NCBI RefSeq assembly: GCF_000372725.1 | Contig: NW_005201318.1 | Location: forward strand, 1 to 48,857 | DNA length: 48,857 nt | Origin: Emiliania huxleyi CCMP1516 | Lineage: Eukaryota | Reading direction: 5' to 3' | Shown here: piece by piece, positions 44,901-48,857 of the stretch | Layout: each line of letters starts with the position of its first letter | Position numbering within the stretch: position 1 is the first letter of the stretch | Translations under genes and position numbers: made by a program | Notes under the pieces: model-generated | What the model was told of the DNA's origin: nothing | What the model saw: only the letters and a program-made list of their open reading frames with translations | Database searches by the model: none

Positions 44901-45582
44901 TGCTGGCCGAGGTAGACGAGGCACCCGACCGCAGCAGGCCCAGAAGCGCGAGGATGCACCCCATCATGATTAGGGCACACACGAAGCGGGACCAAGGTAC
45001 GAGCGGGACCGTCAACTGCTTGATGACCGTTTCGAGGATGGGACGGTGAAGTTGCCGTCCTTCAGGTACTGCTTGCCCGCGATGAACTCCGCGAGCAGCT
45101 CCTTCTCGACGCCCGACAGCCCCGTGTTCTCCGACGCGCGATGCCAAAGTTGGCGCACCGCTTCTCGCAGCTGCCGCTGAGTCTCGGGGTGAGCCTGAGC
45201 CGGGCTTGATCCGTGTCGCCCGCTGGCAGATGCGAGAGGCAGGCGCCGTCTCCTCCTGGAGGGCGCGGCCAGGCGCGGAAGAGGAGTGTCCGCTCATGAA
45301 GGGAAAGTGGAACGGGGAGGGCAAGTCGACGGAGAGCTCATCGGCCGGCGGGTCCGCGGGCGGCCTGTCGGTCTTGTAGAGCTCGTCGGTGAGCGCGTGG
45401 CGAGGCTCCGCGTGCCACGCATCGGCGGCGCAGCGAGGCTGCCAGTCGGCGCACACACTTGAGACCGAGAAGAGATCGGCCGACTCCGCCATCTTCGGGT
45501 CGGCGATCTGGGTGGTGTGGAGCCCTGCGGGCCGCGCTGGGTGCTTCGGCGGCTTGCCCCAGTCGCGTTCGCGGGTCCCCTC
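36347..45582 (-). CDS. Giant multipass receptor-like protein: Pro-rich linkers, discoidin/F5-8-like module, 2x LamG/ConA-like modules, Pmp-like beta-helix, GCC2/GCC3 Cys-rich repeats, ~9 TM, TIR domain + second TIR-like domain
   Basis: Exons 45582-39075, 38978-38752, 38677-37922, 37855-37790, 37722-37627, 37558-37343, 37279-36827 and 36751-36347 join in frame via GC/GT-AG introns. The TIR reads WHLFNSHIWSTGQ|DAAAVIKKQLMLLLPGVKIFLD|VDDLKDIGALEEYIRDTTMILFFLSQGYFRSK|NCLREVRSSLEMNKPIVLV. Confidence 0.85.
41972..43087 (-). repeat. In-frame tandem duplication (period 591 nt) of the LamG/ConA-like module
   Basis: 41972-42496 and 42563-43087 are essentially identical. I saw only one difference, synonymous (aattattg vs aattgttg). 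Confidence 0.95.
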
Positions 45583-45721
45583 CTGCGCCGCCAAGAGGAG
45601 TGGCTTAGATAGGCAGGCAGCCCAGGCGGCGCCCCGGCCGGGGATGGGGAGAGGTGAGAGGAGTGCAGTGAGCGAGCGCGTGAGCGGCGCGCTGACGTGG
45701 TGAGTGCGGTGCAAAAGCCGC

Positions 45722-48142
45722 CTGATCCGCCCACTCGAGCTCTCCCTGCCCGTCCTCGAGCAGCGAGGAGTCGGCGGTGCGTCGCCGGTCGGCGCACCCG
45801 CTTGAGACGGGGAAGAGGTCGGCCGACTTGGCCGTCTCAGAGCGGAGCGGGCCCCGCTGGATCGCCGTCATCAAAGTGATGTTCTTGTCGAAGATGGCGC
45901 GCACGAAGTCGCGCGCGCAGGTCCGGAGCAGCTTCTCGCCCTGCGTGCTCTCAATTGTCGGGCGTGAGGCGGCCCCCAGCGTCTCGCCGCCGTCGGCGCC
46001 GCAGGTGCGAGAGGCAGGCGCCGTCTCCTCCTGGAGGGCGCGGCCAGGCGCGGAAGAGGAGTGTCCGCTCATGAGGCAAGTCGTCGGGCTGAACTCATTC
46101 GCTGGCGTGGTGTTGGAGAGGTCGAGAACCTGCGGAGATACACGGGCGCAGGAAGAGTCAGCGTGTGGTGCTAGGAGCCTTCGCGCTCCAGTTTTATTGC
46201 TAACCGGGATCGAGGCCGCGTCGGGCACCGGCACCGACAGGAGCTCGGAGACGCCGCCAGAGCCGTACGAAGAGAGTGCAAAGGAACAGCCCAGACCGAC
46301 GACCACGGTGAGGAAGACACACAGCAGCTTTGTCGAGCAGAACTTGCCAAAGCGGAAGCCGGAGCGCGTCGAGGTCGGCTCGGTCTTCTCCCCGGCGCCG
46401 CCCTGACAGTGCGGGCGAGGGTGAGTCACGAGCAGGCAGGGTGCGCTGAACGGGGAAGGCAGCATGCGCCGAAGGCATCGACGACGTCGGCGGGGCGTCG
46501 TTGACGGACGCGTCGCCGGAGCCGACGCCAACGAGGTCTTCCTCGTCGTCGAACGCGTTGCCGGAGCCGACGCCAACGAGGTCTTCCTCGTCGTCGAACG
46601 CGTTTCCGGAGCCGACGCCAGCGAGGTCTTCCTCGTCGACTTCGGTTCCGAGCAGCGCCGCGAACCCATTGGGGTCGACGCGGCCAATCGGGGTGAGGTT
46701 CTTGGTGGTCTTCTTGGAGCGGTCGATCAGGTTGGACTCGCCCTTGCGCTCGATCTTGCGGAGCGGGGAGGGGGTCTTCCACTCGTCGATGCCCTGCGCG
46801 CGCGTGACGTGCGGCAGACGAGAGGTCACAGGGTCAATGTAAGTGCCCGCCTGTGGGACTCGCGTGTCCCCGCAATACCCGCGTGTGCACAGAAGGATGC
46901 TGGGAGGTGCTCACCGCCGGGGCGGCCGTCTCCTCTGGAAACTCCTTGGTCGAAACGTTCCAGTCGGCGTCGCCCTACGCGTCGAACGCGGGATGGGGTC
47001 ACAGAGTGGGTCGGCAGACGGCGCAGAATGTCAAGCGCTCGCCGCCGGGGCGGGCTTCTCCTGCGGAAACTCCTTGATCGACGGCAGCGTCTCGCCGCAA
47101 ACCGCCGCCGGCTTGAGGGCCGCGTCGATCTTGGTGACGGGCTTGAGCGCCGGCGGGGTCGTTTTGAGGCCGGTCTCGTCAACGGAGGCCTCCGCGCCAG
47201 ACTCTGCCGCAGGGATGTCCTTCTTGAGGGCGCCCTTGACGGCGCCGGTGGGGGCCGTCGGACGCGGAAACTTGGACCAGAAAACGGCGGTCGGGCGCGG
47301 CGCGTGGGTGGCGAACATGGCCTTGGACTTGTCCGAGTCGACCGCGCCCGCGTCGGGCGCCTTTTCCGCGGCCGGGTCCTTCTTGAGGACGTCCTCCGTG
47401 CCAGACTTCGCCACGGAGATGTCCTTGACATCGTTCTTGACGCAACACGCCTGTGGGCGAGGGAGAGTACGCGCAGGCTTTCGGAGACGGGAGAGGGATG
47501 ATCACAATCCTGGCGTGCGCACGCGCACCTTGGCTCCGAGGAGCGAAGTGGCCTTGGCCTTGTCCGAGTCGACCGTGCCCGCGGCGGGCGCCTCTGCCGC
47601 GGCCAGGTCTTTCTTGATGATGCTCTCGTCGGAGGCCTCCGCGCCAGACTTTGCGGGGACGTCCTTCACGAGGGCGTTCTTGGCGCCGCACGCCTGTGGG
47701 CCAGGGACGATACGGCGGCGTTGGGACGGGAATATCGCGCTGATAGGATGAACATGCGCACAGACAGGCACCTCGGCTCCGAGGAGCGAAGGGGATTCCG
47801 ACGCAAACGAGAGGACGATAGTGACTCGGCCGCCGTCGCCAGCCGGCACGAAGCCGACCTTTGCTTTGTAGTCGATGTTGTCCATGATCGAGTTGTCCTG
47901 TGCAAGTCGCATCATCATGAAAGTTGAGACGGGCGCTTGCATTGGATGTGCAACAGCTACATTGGAGGTGTACGGGGTCTGAAATGAGAGGGATGGGGAC
48001 GGGGGACAAAGTCGATAAGCCTGCGGGGCGGGGCGGGGCGGGGGGGGGGGAGGAGGTGTTCGCGAGTCGTGGAACGGGCGCGGACCTCGCGGGGAAGGGG
48101 GAACGGGCGTGGGCAGAGCAAGCGCACCGCATCGGCCGACAT
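45722..48142 (-). CDS. Probable upstream exons of the TIR receptor (low-complexity repeats, one TM); may be a separate gene
   Basis: Phase-0 exons at ~48142-48128, 47897-47772, 47693-47529, 47450-47043, 46974-46915, 46793-46470 and 46402-45722 can be spliced to 45582. They share the peptide MSGHSSSAPGRALQEETAPASR with the big exon. Confidence 0.5.
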
Positions 48143-48857
48143 CCCGCAGCGAGGAAGTTGGTGGAGAGGAGCGGGCGTCACGAAGGCGGGAGGAATCGAC
48201 GGGGGGGAGGACGGAGGGACTCGGGGCTGCCGAGCAGCCAGGGCGGCTGCGCCCCGCTGCGACCTGCAGGCACTTTGGTGCGAAGTCAGAAGGGGGAGAG
48301 AAATAGGTGCGGTTTCATCGCGAGGGCTGGCTTGGCGAGTGCGGGAAGTGAGAGCGAACCCGTGTGGTTGAAGGCCAGGATCGAGCCGCGCACCGAGCAG
48401 CCGAGACCAAAGTGCTGGTTCCGCGCACAGAGTCGTCGACGTTACGTAGTGGGAAGACGAGCGCCGCCCCGGCAGCCAGGAAGACCGAAGCACTTTGCGC
48501 CGGGGATTGTGTGTTTTGTGGCGGGGCGTATGCTGTGTGGCGTTTGTGCGTCTGGGAGATGCGTATGGACTAGGGGGCGCGGCCGCTCACGAGCAGCCAG
48601 AACGCACCTGTGGGTGGCATGCGTTCGGGGGTCGCTTTTCGCTGGCCAGCGGGAAGGGTTGGGCTCGGACAAGGGCGAGAGGGTCGCCTGTGTACGAAAT
48701 GCTGGAGGACACAGGTGACAGCGTGCACAATTCGAAGGGAGACGATGTGTTGAGGACACAGGCGAACTTGAGGGACACAGAGAAATGGGACGAGGATTCT
48801 CATTACATGAGAATGCATCAGCCGAAATTTCAACTTTGGGACAGCCCCCCCCCTCCC

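Overview
GC-rich, intron-containing eukaryotic DNA. Frequent GC (and possibly one GA) splice donors, bipartite plastid-targeting signals and the repeat content suggest a haptophyte such as Emiliania/Gephyrocapsa huxleyi (inference). Gene models were rebuilt by hand from splice sites: an XRCC4-like protein, a plastid YbaB/EbfC protein, a class C (GABA-B-like) GPCR, RPL10A, a partial KEN/ABBA-motif protein, HEATR5, an EXECUTER-like UVR+DUF3506 protein and an intronless ankyrin-RING E3 ligase. The standout is a giant (~2,900-3,500 aa) minus-strand membrane receptor. It has a modular Pro-linked lectin/beta-helix/Cys-rich ectodomain, about 9 TM helices and a cytoplasmic TIR domain that keeps the catalytic Glu, followed by a second degenerate TIR-like domain. 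The TIR is split over short exons and is not visible in the ORF track. Intergenic DNA is full of non-autonomous elements: a ~700-bp TTAA-flanked foldback, a TIR element nested in an inverted copy of itself, a MITE inside a LINE 3' end, and LINE fragments. Family assignments come from motif recognition from memory, not database searches.
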